Source of the DNA: Camelus dromedarius
Lineage: Eukaryota
DNA: 64,000 bases
Assembly (NCBI RefSeq): GCF_036321535.1
Contig: NC_087437.1
Location: 66,652,001-66,716,000, forward strand
Direction of reading: 5' to 3'
Under the pieces are notes generated by a model, which did no database searches, was not told where the DNA came from, and saw only the letters and a program-made list of their open reading frames with translations. Below, piece by piece: positions 51,615 to 64,000 of this stretch. Within the stretch, counting starts at the first letter, position 1. Each line of letters begins with the position of its first letter. The position numbers were made by a program, and so were the translations under genes.

Positions 51615-54600
51615 CACAGGATCATACTATCTGTGAACAAAGACAGTTTACTTCTTTTTTAATCTGGATTTTTTTTATTTTTCTTGCCTGAATGCACTGC
51701 CTAAAGTCTCCAGTATAATGGACACAAGTGTATTCACCTATATGTCTTGTTCTCAATCTTAATAAGGAAAAATCAGTCTTCCACCATTAAATATGGTGTT
51801 AGCTGTTCGTCACAGATGATCTTTATCAGGTTAAAGATCTCTTTTAATCCTAGTCTGTGGAGAGTTTTTATCATGAACTTTGGATTTCTTGTCAAACGCA
51901 TCTTGTCAAATGCACTTTGAATTCTTTAAAGAAGTTCCACTTGGTCATGGTGTATAATCCTTATTTGTTGCTGGATTTTGTTTTACTAACATTTTGTTAA
52001 GGCTTTTTGTGTATATGCTTTTGAGGGGCATTGATCTGTAGTTTTTTTTTGCTATCTTTGTCTGGCTTTGGTATCAGGATAATACTAGTCTAATAGAAGG
52101 AGCTGGGGAGTGTTCCCTCTTCCTCTATTTTCTGGAAGAGTTTGTGAAAGACTTCCTAAATAGCCAGGGAAGCCATCTGGTCCTGGGCTTTTCTTTGTGA
52201 AAAGATTTTAAACTAAGTATTGAGTTTATTAATTTGTTACAGGGCTATCCAGATTTTCTACTTCTTCTTTTGTAAATTTTGGTGATTTGTGTCTTTTTTT
52301 TCCTTCCTTGTCCAGTCTTGCTAAAGGATTGTCTGTTTTGTTGCTCTTTTCAAAGAACTTTTGGTTTCATAGATACTCCCTACTGTTTTTCTTTTGATTT
52401 CATTGACTGTCATTCTAATTCTATTAACTTCCTTCTGTCTGCTTATTTTAGGTTTATTTTTTGCTCTTCATTTTCCAGTTTTTAAAGTGAGAGCTTATTC
52501 ATTTGAGGCCTTTCTTTTAATTTGACTGCATCTCATAAATTTTAATATAATGTGCTTTCATTTTCATTCAGTTCAAAATACTTCAAATTTACCTTGTGAT
52601 TTCCTCTTTGGTTTATGGGTTATTTATGAATGCATTGTTTAATTTTCAAATACTTGTGGATTTCCCAATTAAAAAAAAATTCCATTGATGTCAGAGGTCA
52701 TACTTCGTGTGATTTCAATCCTTTTAAGTGTATTGAGACTTGTTTTATAGCCTTGCATATGCTCGAGCTTAGAAAGTGTCCCCTGTGCACTTGAAAAGAA
52801 TGAGAATTCTGCTGTTGCTAGGTGGAGTGTTCTAGAGATGCTATTACATCACATAGGGTGATAGTGTTGTTCACATCTTCTATATGCTTGTTGATTCTCC
52901 CTCTAGTTGTTTTACCCATTATTAAAAGTGGAATATTAAACCACTGTGATTGAGTTGTCTATTTCTCCTCTCTTCAAAGTGTGTGCTTCCTGTATTTTGG
53001 AGCTGTTAGATAAATATGTTTACATATGTTATATCTTCTTGGTGGATTTTCCCTCTTAACATTATAAAAAGTCCTTCATCTCTAGCACTTTTGTCTTAAA
53101 GTCTATTTTGTCTGATACTAGTATAGTCACTCAAGCTCTTTCTCACCGTTTGCATAGTGTATCTTTTTTGATATTTTTACTGTCAACTTTTTTGGTTCTT
53201 CAAACCTAAAATATGTCTCTTGCAGACAGCATAGTTGGATCCTTTTTAAAATTCAGTTGGACAATCTCTATTGATTGGAATGCTTAATCCATTCATATTT
53301 TAATGCTATTACTGATATAGTTAGATTTAGATCTGCCATTTTGCTATTTGTTTTCTACATCTTCTCCAATTCCCTTTTGACCTTGTTACTACTTTCAAAA
53401 GTTACTTTCTTATTATGTGCTTTAGGGATTATACGATATACCTTACAACAGTCTACTTCAGATCAGTACTAATTTAATTCCAGTTAAATGTAGAAACATG
53501 GTTCTAATACAGCTCAACTCCTCTCCCATTTTTGTGCTATTATTGCCATTTGTTATGCATATACATTTAAAAACAACAGTAGAATATTATTACTTTACAC
53601 AACCATATAAATTTTAAAGATGTTAAGGGGAAAAACAACTAAGAAAAGGGGAAACAACAGATTTACAAAGTCTTTTATATTAACCTATGTATTTACCATT
53701 TCTAGTACTTTTCATGTCTTCCTGTGGAGCCAAGTTACTATTTGATGTCACTTCATTGCTCCAACAGAAGCCCATTCCTTCCCTCTCTTTTGTGCTATTA
53801 ATGTAATATATAGCTTTAAATAGTACATGGCCAACACTTCAATTGCATTATTATTTTATGTAAATATCTTTCAGATGTTAAGAAAATATGTATTTATACC
53901 GCCTTCAATAATTATATAATCATCTTCATCAAAACTCTTCATGTAGACTCAAGTTACTATCTGATATAACTTTTCAGGCTGAAGAACTTCAGTGTTTTTG
54001 GAAAGCAAGTCTGTTGGCAACAAAGCCTCTTTCATCATCTGCCAATGTCTTTATTTTTGCCTTCAATTTTGTAGGATGGTTTGCTAGATACAGAATTACT
54101 GGTTGATAGCTTATTCTTTTCAGCACTTTGTCATTCTACCGCCTTCTGTCTTCTACCATTCTGTTAAGAAGTCAGCTGTGAATCTTACTGGGCATTTCTG
54201 TGTAAGTTGTTTTTGTCTTGCTGCTTTCATGATTCTTCTCTACCTTTCAACAGTGTAACTATTATATGTCTAGGTGTGAATCTCTTCATGTTTATTCTTC
54301 TTGGAGTTTGTTGAGATTCTTGGGTATGTAGATTAATGTTTTTCATCAAATTTGGGAAGTTTGCGGCCATAATTTCTTAAAATACTTTTTCTTCCCTCTT
54401 CATCACACGTGTTAATATTCTTGACTGTGTCCCACAGATCTCTGAGGCTCTGTTCACTTGTCTTCATTTTTAAAAATTCTGTCCTTTGTAAAAGATAATC
54501 TACATTGATCTATCTTCAAGTTCACCAATTCTCTTATGCTATCTCAAATCAGCTGTTGAGTGCCTCTTCTCTAATGAATTTTAAATTTCCATTATTGTAT

Positions 54601-55690
54601 TTAACTCCGTAATTTTCATTTGATTCTTTTAAAAATAATTTCCGTCTTCATTGATATTTTCTATATAATAGTCATCACACTGATTTTATTCTTTTAAAAT
54701 AGCTTGAAGTCTTCTGTTATATCCAATAGATAGCCCTTGATACAGACATACCCAATAACTGCTTTTAAAAAAATTCCCTGTTTTTGCATGTCATGTGATA
54801 TTTTTGAAAACTGGGACTTTTAGGTATTAAATTATAACAACCCAAGTTGGAACATCGCCCTACCCAGGGGCATGGCTGTGGTTCTGTTTATGTAATGATT
54901 TGCCAGAGTGCAGCCACTATTACTTCTGCTCAGTTTTTATTTTTATGTTTGGCATCCTAGGAGTCACACTGCTTAGTAGTCAGCTAATGATTTGTCAAAG
55001 GTTGTATTAAGCCAGAAGGCTGCTACCCTCTCTTAGTGGATCTGTCTGTGGCTTGAAGAATGCACTCAAGCTTTAAGCAGTTTATAAATCCTTTCCAGCT
55101 TTTACTTTCTGTGTTCATGAGGCCTCACAATTAACCAAAGATAAGTAGCTTGCTAGGGCCCTCACCAGTCTCTCCTGAGTGTGCTTACACATATGGGTAA
55201 CTTTCCAGGGGGATTAGCAGGATCTTACTAAAGCCTTCTTTGGCTTTCTTATTCCCTGGAATCTCTATTAACACTTTGCCTCATCTGCAAGTCTATTGCT
55301 TCCCCAGACAATATCAAAACCTCAGGTTAGCTGTGTGATACTGTCCTTCCCTAACTGTTGATCCTAGGTATGGAATTTTACGTGCTCCGCTCCAAATCAA
55401 ATCAGCCACCTCAAACAGCAGAACTGTTGATCCTCTCAACCTGCCCTCCCCCTGCGGAACTTCTACATCATGGAGCTGGGGGCTAGGAGTGGTGAGCAGT
55501 CTCAGGCTGAAACACTACAGACTCCCATTGTTCTTACAGAGATGCAGTAGAAATTCTTGAATAAACGCTTCTTAATTTGTTATGTGTCCTTGGTCAATTT
55601 CCAGAATTTTTAAATGGTTGTTTTTGATAATTTTTTCCAGTTTTATTGTTATTTTGGGGGGAGAGGATTTGCCAAGGTACTTACAAAGGC
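51615..55690 (-). mobile_element. About 4-kb decayed L1M (ORF2, ORF1 and 5' remnants) in TIMMDC1 intron 4
   Basis: T-rich plus strand matching reverse-complement L1 ORF2 (tggctttggtatcaggataatact...gaagccatctggtcctgggcttttctttgt). No intact ORF. Confidence 0.8.
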
Positions 55691-56885
55691 ATTCTAGATG
55701 TCAAAAATACTTCTAGATGTCAAAAAATACATTGGTCCAGACCAGTGTCAAATAATAATGGTGAGGGGAGAGACATCCTTACCTGATTCTGACTTCAGGA
55801 TAACTTACTTTAATGTTACACCATTAATTTTAATGTTCGTTGCTGGTTTGAGATAAAATACATATTCTATCAGATATATTTTTCTATTCTTATTTTACTA
55901 TTATTTATATTCAATCAAGAAACCTTTATTCTATCCTGCTATGAATCAAACAATTGTGAAATAAAGGCAAACACTTTCTCTGAATTCAAGTAAGTTGTCT
56001 AGCAGGGAAGCAAAACAAGTAAACAACTACAATATACTGTGATAAGTGCGCTGATAATACTATTTATAGTAAATAATGAGAACACAGGGGAAAGGGACCT
56101 AAGATAGGGAAATAGGGGCTAGGAGAACTCTTTAGGGAAGCTGAGCCGGACAGATTGAAGTGAACCTTGAAAGACAGGTTAAATAAGGATCTGAACAAAA
56201 TTAGTTGTGGGAGCAGGAAGGTGGGTTCAAGAAGAGACCAACACGTGTAAAGCAAGAATACGCTGGGTTTGAGAAACACAAGTAGATTCATAAGGCTTGG
56301 GAAAGAATGGTGCATGAGGTCAGGCCAAAAACTGACATTATAGTAATGGAAAACTGTGGAAGAATCTGAAGCAGAAAAATGTTATAATCTTGTTCGTATT
56401 TCAAAAAAGTAAGGTAACAGTAGTGATGAAGCAAACCAAGATTAGGAACAGGGAAGACCTGACAGCAGCAGTGGAAACAAAGAGGAGGTGAGAGAGTCCA
56501 TATATATTTAAGGAATAAAATTAACAGAAGCAGAAGTTTGGAAAGGGGAAATAAAGGGCTGAACCACATAACTACTTGATTTCCAGTTTTGGAATTTAAC
56601 AGGGCAGATTATAGAGAACATATAGCAGGAGCAAATGTGCAAGTTAGGGTACAAAGACAAGAGTTTGGTTTGGATAGCTTTTCTGTTTTGTCCACCAAAT
56701 ATACCCAGGACCAAGCACAATACTCTCCATACGTTTTGCATGAATGTTAAATTTTGCATGACTGTTGAATGAGATGTGAGGACAAGCCAACTAAAGAATT
56801 CAGTAGCCATGACTTCTAAGTCTTTATGTATTACTGAAACCACATTTGAGATTGAAAAATGTAAATAAGAGCAAAAATGTCTTAC

Positions 56886-56953
56886 CTCCTGCAATAACAT
56901 AATGGCTTAGAGCATTTTTATTTCGGTACACATTTAGACCCGTGTTCACTGTA
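56886..56953 (-). CDS. TIMMDC1: TIMMDC1 exon 4
   Basis: Acceptor cttttag|, translates [22 protein letters not shown](A), donor G|GTAAGA. 68 nt. Confidence 0.95.
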
Positions 56954-57376
56954 CTAAAAGAGGAGGAAAACATAAAATTTAAAGCATATTTCATTTACCT
57001 TCTTGACTCTTTCACTAAAGTGCTACTTATTATTAGTTTAGAAGAGCCTATTATGTCAATCCCTGGTGCTGGTCTAGGCTCCTTTCGTTCAGGTTACTGT
57101 AATATGCCAATTAGCAACAGAATGTAAAGAAGAGTTCAGCAGAATTCCCCTTACTTAGCAACCCTGTATCCATTTTAATACTAGTTGGTAAACCTCCATC
57201 CATGGATGCAAAACTACAACTGGACCAATCTTTTACACAAATAGATAACAGTTCTTGAGAAAAAAGTATTATGAACCAATTTCATATGGGCATTCGGTTT
57301 TCATAATTTCACTTGCTCAAAAGATGTGCTTCTAAAAGAATATCCAAGACTGTCTGTCACAATTCAGAGAACTTAC

Positions 57377-57465
57377 TTGAATATAGTCACAAACACGGTA
57401 GTCCTCCAACTCCAGCGCCAGCCATACCGGATGAAGCCTCGCGTGGCAGCACGATGTGCAGATTG
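57377..57465 (-). CDS. TIMMDC1: TIMMDC1 exon 3
   Basis: Acceptor tttag|, translates [29 protein letters not shown](N), donor |GTAAGT. 89 nt. Confidence 0.96.
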
Positions 57466-58229
57466 CTAAAGTGAATAAAAACGCGATGAGGTCCTGAGAC
57501 ACCTTGATATTTTCTTATTCTAAAACTGTGGCAGAGGAACGTCAGCTATGGATTAGGTAGGGACACCTAAACAGACAGAAACAAAAGAAAATCTCTAGAC
57601 ATATCATTCTTTGAGTACTGAGACTTAAGCAGAAGTACCATGTGCATCCGATCAGGAGGTGGAAAAGGAACTAACAAATGCCTATGTCAACCAAGTGATC
57701 CATCAATTATCAACTGAGACTCTCTAACAAACACCACAACAGACATAAAATCAGTATTAGACATACTTTTTTTCAAGTAATTGTGGGGAAAAGAAAAATA
57801 CAAAATAAAGAAGAACTGAGTAAACAGTAAAGGGTAAGGATTAAGTCATACATACGTGCAGGAAAGGAAGAGAGGAAGAAAAAATCTTTACTGATCTTAC
57901 TGATCACCTTCTAGGTAAAAGTTTTAACATATTACCTCATTTAATCGTTACAACATTTTTTTTCAAGCAGGTGTTTTAGTTTAGCTAAAGCAAAGAGAGG
58001 AAGTTTCTTACCAAGATCACTGAGGTAATAAGGAATAAAGCCAGAACTGGAAGTTAGGTTGTCTGCTTCCACAGCCCATTTTCACACGACCACCATAAAG
58101 CAAGTCATAATGTCATGAGGGTAAAGCCTAGATTTTTAAAGAATCTGATAGAATCCCTAAGTGTAGTCTTAACTACTACATGTATTGGATATTGGGCAAG
58201 TCAAAACCTCTCTGAAAGGTATCAGTGCA

Positions 58230-60065
58230 AACATATGGCTTTTAACAAATAGGTATGTAAATATTAAAAGATACATATATGTGCATTAATGTGTATAAAT
58301 CACACACAGACACATACACATACACATTTTCTAACTCTACCTGCCTAGGGCCTAGAAGCAATGATACCCTAGTAGCAATGAACATACCCACTACCACATC
58401 TTGGTTTTTAAATACCATGTTAAAAGAAGCCATAACTCCTTGGTGAAATAGGCTTATTCCAAGGCTGGTGCTTGAAAAGCAAGATATGAGCCAGGAACAC
58501 CTTGCTGTGCCAAAAAGTAAAGGTGTGCTCAAAGAATAATAGGGACATATCGAAAGGACATAGGAGCTAGCCTGAAGGGGCTCCAACACTCCAATTCCAG
58601 ACCAATTTGAGTATCAAAATAAATGATGATAATAATGGATTATAAAACTACAGAATAAAGTAAGAATCCATGAGACCACATTGAATAAATTATAAATAGA
58701 TAAATGTATAAACAGAGGGAAAGTAAAGCTCTTCTTTATAGCAGAATACTAACCAATAAATGTAGACTGAATGATGGAATTAGAAAATGGCCATCTAGGG
58801 GGAGGGTATAGCTCAGTGGTAGAGCACATGCTGAGCATGTACGAGGTCATGGGTTCGTTCCCCAGTACCTCTGTTGAATAAAAAATGATGATAATAAATG
58901 AATAAAATGAATAAATATTATCTCCCCAAAAATAAATTAAAAAAATGTTTAAAAATAAATAAATAAAAAGAGAGAAAATTGCCATCTGGCAACCACCACA
59001 GTAATAACTGTTCCAGGCAAGAATTAGCATTGAATGCTAAAAATAGAGGGTAGAAATCTGATGAAAAATAGGAGATTCCATAGTCTCAAAGTATCTAATA
59101 AGTATTCATTAGATACTTATTAACTACAAAGGTAAAAAATAGTAATTTTACAGGATAAATCTGGCAGGGACCATCTTAACTAAGTGACTACAGTAAGCAT
59201 CAGCAGTACAAGAACAATTAGCTATCTTGTGCTTCTTACCCTTAACTTACTGACAATACAACATCAATTCTAGGGTATTCCTGGGAAACATGTAAGTAAA
59301 ATCTAATCACAGGAAAACATCAAACATCCAAATTGAGAGACATTATACAAAATAAATGGTCCATATTCTTAAAAAAAATAAATAAAAGAAAAAAAAATCA
59401 AAGTCATGAAACAAAGAACAAAGAACAACCGAAAAATTATTCTAGATTAAAGGAAAATGTCTAGAGAGGCATGACAGACAAATTCAACATCTGATCTAGT
59501 TTTAGGTGCTGGGACAAGAAAAAAAAATTTTTAAGATTTATTTACTTTTAAAATAAATTGTATTAGTAGGACAACTAGCAAAATTTACATAAAGTCCATA
59601 GATAATAGTCACCCATCAGTTTAATGTCCTGCTCTGCATAATTTTATTGTGGTTAGAGATGAAAATGTCCTTGTTTTTAGGAAATACATGCTGAAGCACT
59701 TATCGGGTCTATAACTTACTCCCAAGGAGGTTCACAAAAAAATAGTATGATGTATACAAAGAGAGAATGAGAAAGCAAATATGGTAAAATGTTAACATTT
59801 GGGAAATCTGATTGAAAGGTATACAGTAATTCTCTGTACGGGTGGCCCTTTGTATACTCCAATTTGGAATCTGAGGATATGGAACCATGGATATGGGTGG
59901 GGTTGGGGGGGAGGAAGGCTATGGTACTGTGCCTTTTTATAAAATGAACTTGAACATTTGCAGATTTTGGTATCTTTCAGGAGTCCTGGAACCAATCCCC
60001 CTTGGATACTAAGGAACACTGATACTACTTCTGCAACTTTTAAGTCTCACACAATTTCAAAAAAA
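58230..60065 (+). mobile_element. Old L1MC/ME 3' region carrying a nested SINE and a Tigger/MER2-like element (about 59838-60022)
   Basis: L1 3'UTR text resumes after the insert (aattctctgta...tactacttctgcaactttt). Insert has the MER2-type cagattttggtatc...tcctggaaccaatcccc.tggatac. Confidence 0.7.
58797..58972 (+). mobile_element. tRNA-derived SINE (Vic-1-like) with 15-bp target-site duplication, inserted in an old L1
   Basis: ggggagggtatagctcagtggtagagc...gggttcgttcccc plus A-rich tail. TSD agaaaat(g/t)gccatct at 58782-58796 and 58973-58987. Confidence 0.9.
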
Positions 60066-60461
60066 AAAAAACAAAAAAACAAAACCCTCAAAAAACAAAG
60101 AATTCTGAGCTGTAAGTTCCTCACTAATTCAACAAAACTGATGTACAGATCTAAGATATAACAAATGGGTTGGCAGTCTATAAAGTGTAAAGCTCTAAGT
60201 GGTAATTATTGTTTTAGGTAATTATTGAGCTAGTGTACTACATGGAGGCTCCGTGAATAGGATAAATAAGTTATAGCTGAACCCTGATGATTTAGCAGGG
60301 GATTAGAAATATGTGTCAGACAGTAAGGCCATAGTGGTGATCTATTCTGATGATAAGAAAAGTGTGTTTCCTAAACCCTCCCAACCCTACCATCTAACTG
60401 GATGATTAAGTGTAAAGTGAACTGCTACAGAGGTGTGCCCTGTTAGAATACCAGTACGTAC

Positions 60462-60627
60462 CACAGCATCAAGCTGGTTGTGGTAAATTTCTGCTTGGCT
60501 CTGCTCAACGTAGCGCTGTTTAGCATGAATAAAAGCTGGTATCCCCCCATATGCCCAGCCAATGACACCTGCTGAAATTGCTGCCCTATAAATATCCTGA
60601 AGTTCTTTTGAAGTTCTCTGCTGTTCA
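60462..60627 (-). CDS. TIMMDC1: TIMMDC1 exon 2
   Basis: Acceptor tttcag|, translates [55 protein letters not shown], donor |GTACGT. 166 nt. Confidence 0.96.
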
Positions 60628-62929
60628 CTGAAACATCAAAAAGACAGTGTTGTTTGCAATTAGTTTATGGATACCACCTTCCAAGACAGTAGATCAAAAT
60701 TATCCCAAACACTAACAGGATCACAATTTTCATGATGGGCAGAACCAGTTAAATCCTCTGATGAATTAAATAACTACATTACAAGTAGCTCAAATCTCAG
60801 CCAAACCTAATCTATGCTCTCAGAAATTAGGCTAGTGGTTATTCTTGGGAAGGTAGTAACAAGGAAGAGACACAAGGGGGAGCTGCTAGGATGCTGTTAA
60901 CAGTCTCTTGGGGCTGGATACACAGAAGCCATCCACCAGTATACTTATGTACATTTTTCTAGATGCATACTATACTCCAATAAAAAAGGTTTTTTTTTTT
61001 AAAGGTGATTCTAATTGATGACTATTACAGCTCTACTATATCCCTGGAAACAGAAAGAATTTGTGAATTGGATGTAGAGATCAGTATTTCCCTTTTTGAA
61101 TTTTTAGATAACTTTTGGAAATCACACAAACTTATGAGATTTTAGGACAATGTATGCAAGAATGAATTCCTAGATATAAAAAAAAAATCTAAAAGTTACC
61201 TTTCTGAATACTTAATTTTTATGTCAGCCCAGATAGGCCTACACAATACAATTAAAGAGCACTGAATGAGAAGCAGAGACCAACCTAAAAAAATAGGGAA
61301 AAGGTACCATTTCACTCAATCTATTACTCTCAAAATCGTAAGAAACAAGACCCTGTACTGGAGCTTTCAAGATATCCTCTGGAAACTGCGCTAACAAACA
61401 GCTAAGTTTGTTAAGTGTTAGGTTATTATAAACAATGGCCCTCCTGTGTAAGTAAACTACTAAATGTTAACTTTTTACATTACCAATTTGCTTTCTTCAG
61501 ACATTGTACAAGTGTTTATCCGATTCTAATTACCAATAACAACCACGACATTTCTGAAATCAAAATCACTGAGTTGTTATAGTTCTTGGATATACAAGAG
61601 AGAAACCTAAATAAAATCTCTTAGGAAGCTAATTTCTATAACAATAGGAAAAAATGATACAATTTGAACTTTGTATTTTATCTTTTATAATGAATAATCA
61701 AAAACAACATTTACATGAAAACTGGTAGAACTCAGAAAAGAGAAAATGTAAAGGCTTAAGATTTAACAAGCCAGGAAATGCATATGCTTTCCTCTTTTTC
61801 ATCCTCTAAAAATTCCATGACATAGGTGACATTTTTCTCCATTTTATCAAGAGGCTCTAAGAAGTTACATGATCGGCCCTAACAGCTAACGAATGGTGAA
61901 GAAACAGGGCACAGTGGTGGTAAGGACCTAGACTGTAAGTAACAACAATGGGGTTGTGGTTGTGGTTCTGTCATCCACTGCTAAGTGATCTGCAGCCAGA
62001 TTAAATCGCTCTGAACCTTGGTTTCCTCACCCATAACAGGAGAGGATGAAAGTTACATTAAATTATCTTTCAAATTTCTTTCAGCTCCAACATTCTGTGA
62101 TTTATAAAACTAATCAAAATAACCCTTTTCTGTTTTATACTACATAGGATTGTTCACAAGTACCTCAAGTAAATTTTAGACGGTCCAATGAGACAGGCAG
62201 CCTCATCTTTAAAATAAAGATGATGAAACCTAAATAAAGTAATTAAATACAATTCCACCAGCTACCTTGCTCCAACTATCTCAGCAACATAATAAAGCTT
62301 CAATGTTAATTTAACCACTTGATAACACAGTGTGTATATGGTAAAGTACTTAATAAAAGGGCCACCTCTTCACCAGTAAGTGATGAATGAAAAAATGATA
62401 AAATTATCCTGAGTTTTCCATTAAAGTTAATTCAATATAAAGGGCTATTTATCCTTTATTCTGAAACACCCTTACCTGTGAATCCAACTAATTACTTTCA
62501 TAAAATGATGAGACAACAGTTGCTACTATTTTTTTTATATATTCAAAAATTGGCAGAATAAACATTTTACAACTCTCTGTTATCTCTCCAACTTCCATTT
62601 TAACAGCGGGGAGGAGGGCTACTGGTCATAAACCATCAAAATCTGGGATCAAATGAAATATGAAAAAGAACAATGGAATGAAGTCCTGCAGACGTGGGTT
62701 CCTGGGTCACTAAGTACCTTGGTCCAATTCTTCTAATCTGTAAAATCAGGAAATTACACTAAGACTATATTCTCTAAATATCCCTAAAAGCACTGACTTT
62801 CAATGAGTCTCACCCTTACTATCTAAAAACCGGCCTGTCATAAAACTACCAAATGGCAATGTTAGGATACAAACTTGGGAGTACAAATAATAGAACCCTT
62901 AATCCCATTTAAAAATAAATCACACCACC

Positions 62930-63900
62930 CGGGGGTCCTTCGCCTTAGATGACTCAGGTTGCAGGTCACCTCCTTCGTAATCCCTCCCCACAGACCGTAG
63001 GCACTTTTACTCTTTGACAAACAGCTCGCGGAGGCGGTCCCATCCAGATTCCGGGGTATGGGGCTCTTGGACATAGGAAGGCAGCTTCTGGTCCTCCACA
63101 ACAGCCTTGGAATCGGCAGCCACGGCTTCAGCAGCAAAGACCCGAGGGAAAGGACCCAGCGCCCTGTAGATGAAGGTCTGTGGCGCCGGCGGCCGCGCCT
63201 CCATGGCCTCTCCCAACCTGCTGGCAGACACACACTTGGGCGCTCAGGGCCCCAAAGCCCCCTGGAGGCGCCGTGGGAGGAGAGAGGATAACTACAAGAA
63301 TGAGTGGCCGGTTTCCCGTACACTAGGCCGTAGTGTTCGAGGCCACACCGCTTAGGCACACTTGCCCTCAGTGCCGGTCGTCACTGTAGAAGCCCTTGGA
63401 CGCACGAGACAGGAAGTCCCGCCCCAACAAGGGTAAAGGCCAAGGGGCTGAACGAGGGCGGAGCCGGAGCCGAAAAAACTTCCGGTAGGGGACAGGATGA
63501 ACCTTAGCGGTGCCCGCCCGCCGGAAGTGAGTTGGCGGCGAGCAGCTAAGGTCACCGCCGTCTGGCCCCGCCTCCGGCCCCGTTTCCCTGGGCATCCTGT
63601 GTCAGGCCGACTGGGGTCAGGCAGTTTCCACAGGCCAGAGGTAGTTCGTAGGCTGAAGTAGCTTAGCGTGTTTAAAACAACAGAAATCTCTTGTAGATTT
63701 AGAAACTGCAGTATTCAATACAAGCGGAGAACGGAAAGGAGAAGGCAACTTGCGCAAATGTAAGCCCAACCCACCTTGCCACAGCACGCGAAGCCTCCCG
63801 GACTGGGCGAAGTCCATTCTCGTGTCTAGAACGGACCGAGGCCATTGCAGATGCGTCTTGGTGCCACTTATCCCGAGATTTCCAGAACACTTTTGAAAAA
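62930..63900 (-). promoter_or_regulatory. TIMMDC1: TIMMDC1 CpG island promoter with ETS/GABP sites and GC boxes
   Basis: CpG-rich. CCGGAAGTG at 63521-63529, ACTTCCGG at 63478-63485, CAGGAAGT at 63410-63417, GC boxes, and the C/EBP-type palindrome TTGCGCAA at 63750-63757. Confidence 0.85.
63011..63204 (-). CDS. TIMMDC1: TIMMDC1 (complex I assembly factor, Tim17/22/23 family) exon 1
   Basis: Kozak GAGGCCATGG, translates [28 protein letters not shown]...[14 protein letters not shown](D), donor GA|GTAAAA. 194 nt. Confidence 0.95.
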
Positions 63901-64000
63901 TCAGTTCTGCGTCTCACAATAAGAGCTTTACTTCCCTCAGTCCATATGCATACAGTTTCTCAAAAGGCAGGACTTCTGGAAATTCTACCAGTTGTTTGAT

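Noticed and set aside
50695..55690. Opposed L1 pieces as a single twin-primed 5'-inverted L1
   Set aside because: The inverted part lies downstream of the sense 3' end, which is the wrong geometry. More likely independent insertions.
58798..58870. tRNA-like A/B boxes here and at 3959 and 43430-43500 as tRNA genes
   Set aside because: A-rich tails, target-site duplications on two copies and no intact cloverleaf show they are SINEs.
62862..63595. 165-aa and other ORFs around TIMMDC1 exon 1
   Set aside because: Alternative frames of a CpG island. There is no upstream ATG in the roughly 280 nt before the real start at 63204.

Overview
Mammalian genomic DNA. It is most likely camelid, judged from Vic-1-like tRNA-derived SINEs and cetartiodactyl-like CD80. 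The window is syntenic with the human ADPRH-CD80-TIMMDC1 block. I reconstructed three complete spliced genes by hand, each with GT-AG junctions and consistent reading frames: ADPRH (minus, 3 coding exons, 362 aa), CD80/B7-1 (plus, 7 exons of which 5 are coding, 302-303 aa) and TIMMDC1 (minus, 7 coding exons, 285 aa). ADPRH and CD80 diverge head-to-head across about 10 kb, and CD80 and TIMMDC1 converge tail-to-tail. The rest is ordinary mammalian repeat content (L1, L2, MaLR/ERVL LTRs, MER transposons, SINEs, microsatellites). I see no new gene or novel system. The best leads are regulatory or isoform-level: an intronic polyadenylation route to soluble CD80 ending in Cys-Lys, a NAGNAG acceptor, a 4-codon uORF, an NF-kB/STAT6/ISRE cluster, and an eroded copy of the human B7-1 enhancer kB site. 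Comparisons with human, pig and rodent sequences and all repeat family names are from memory and need checking by alignment.
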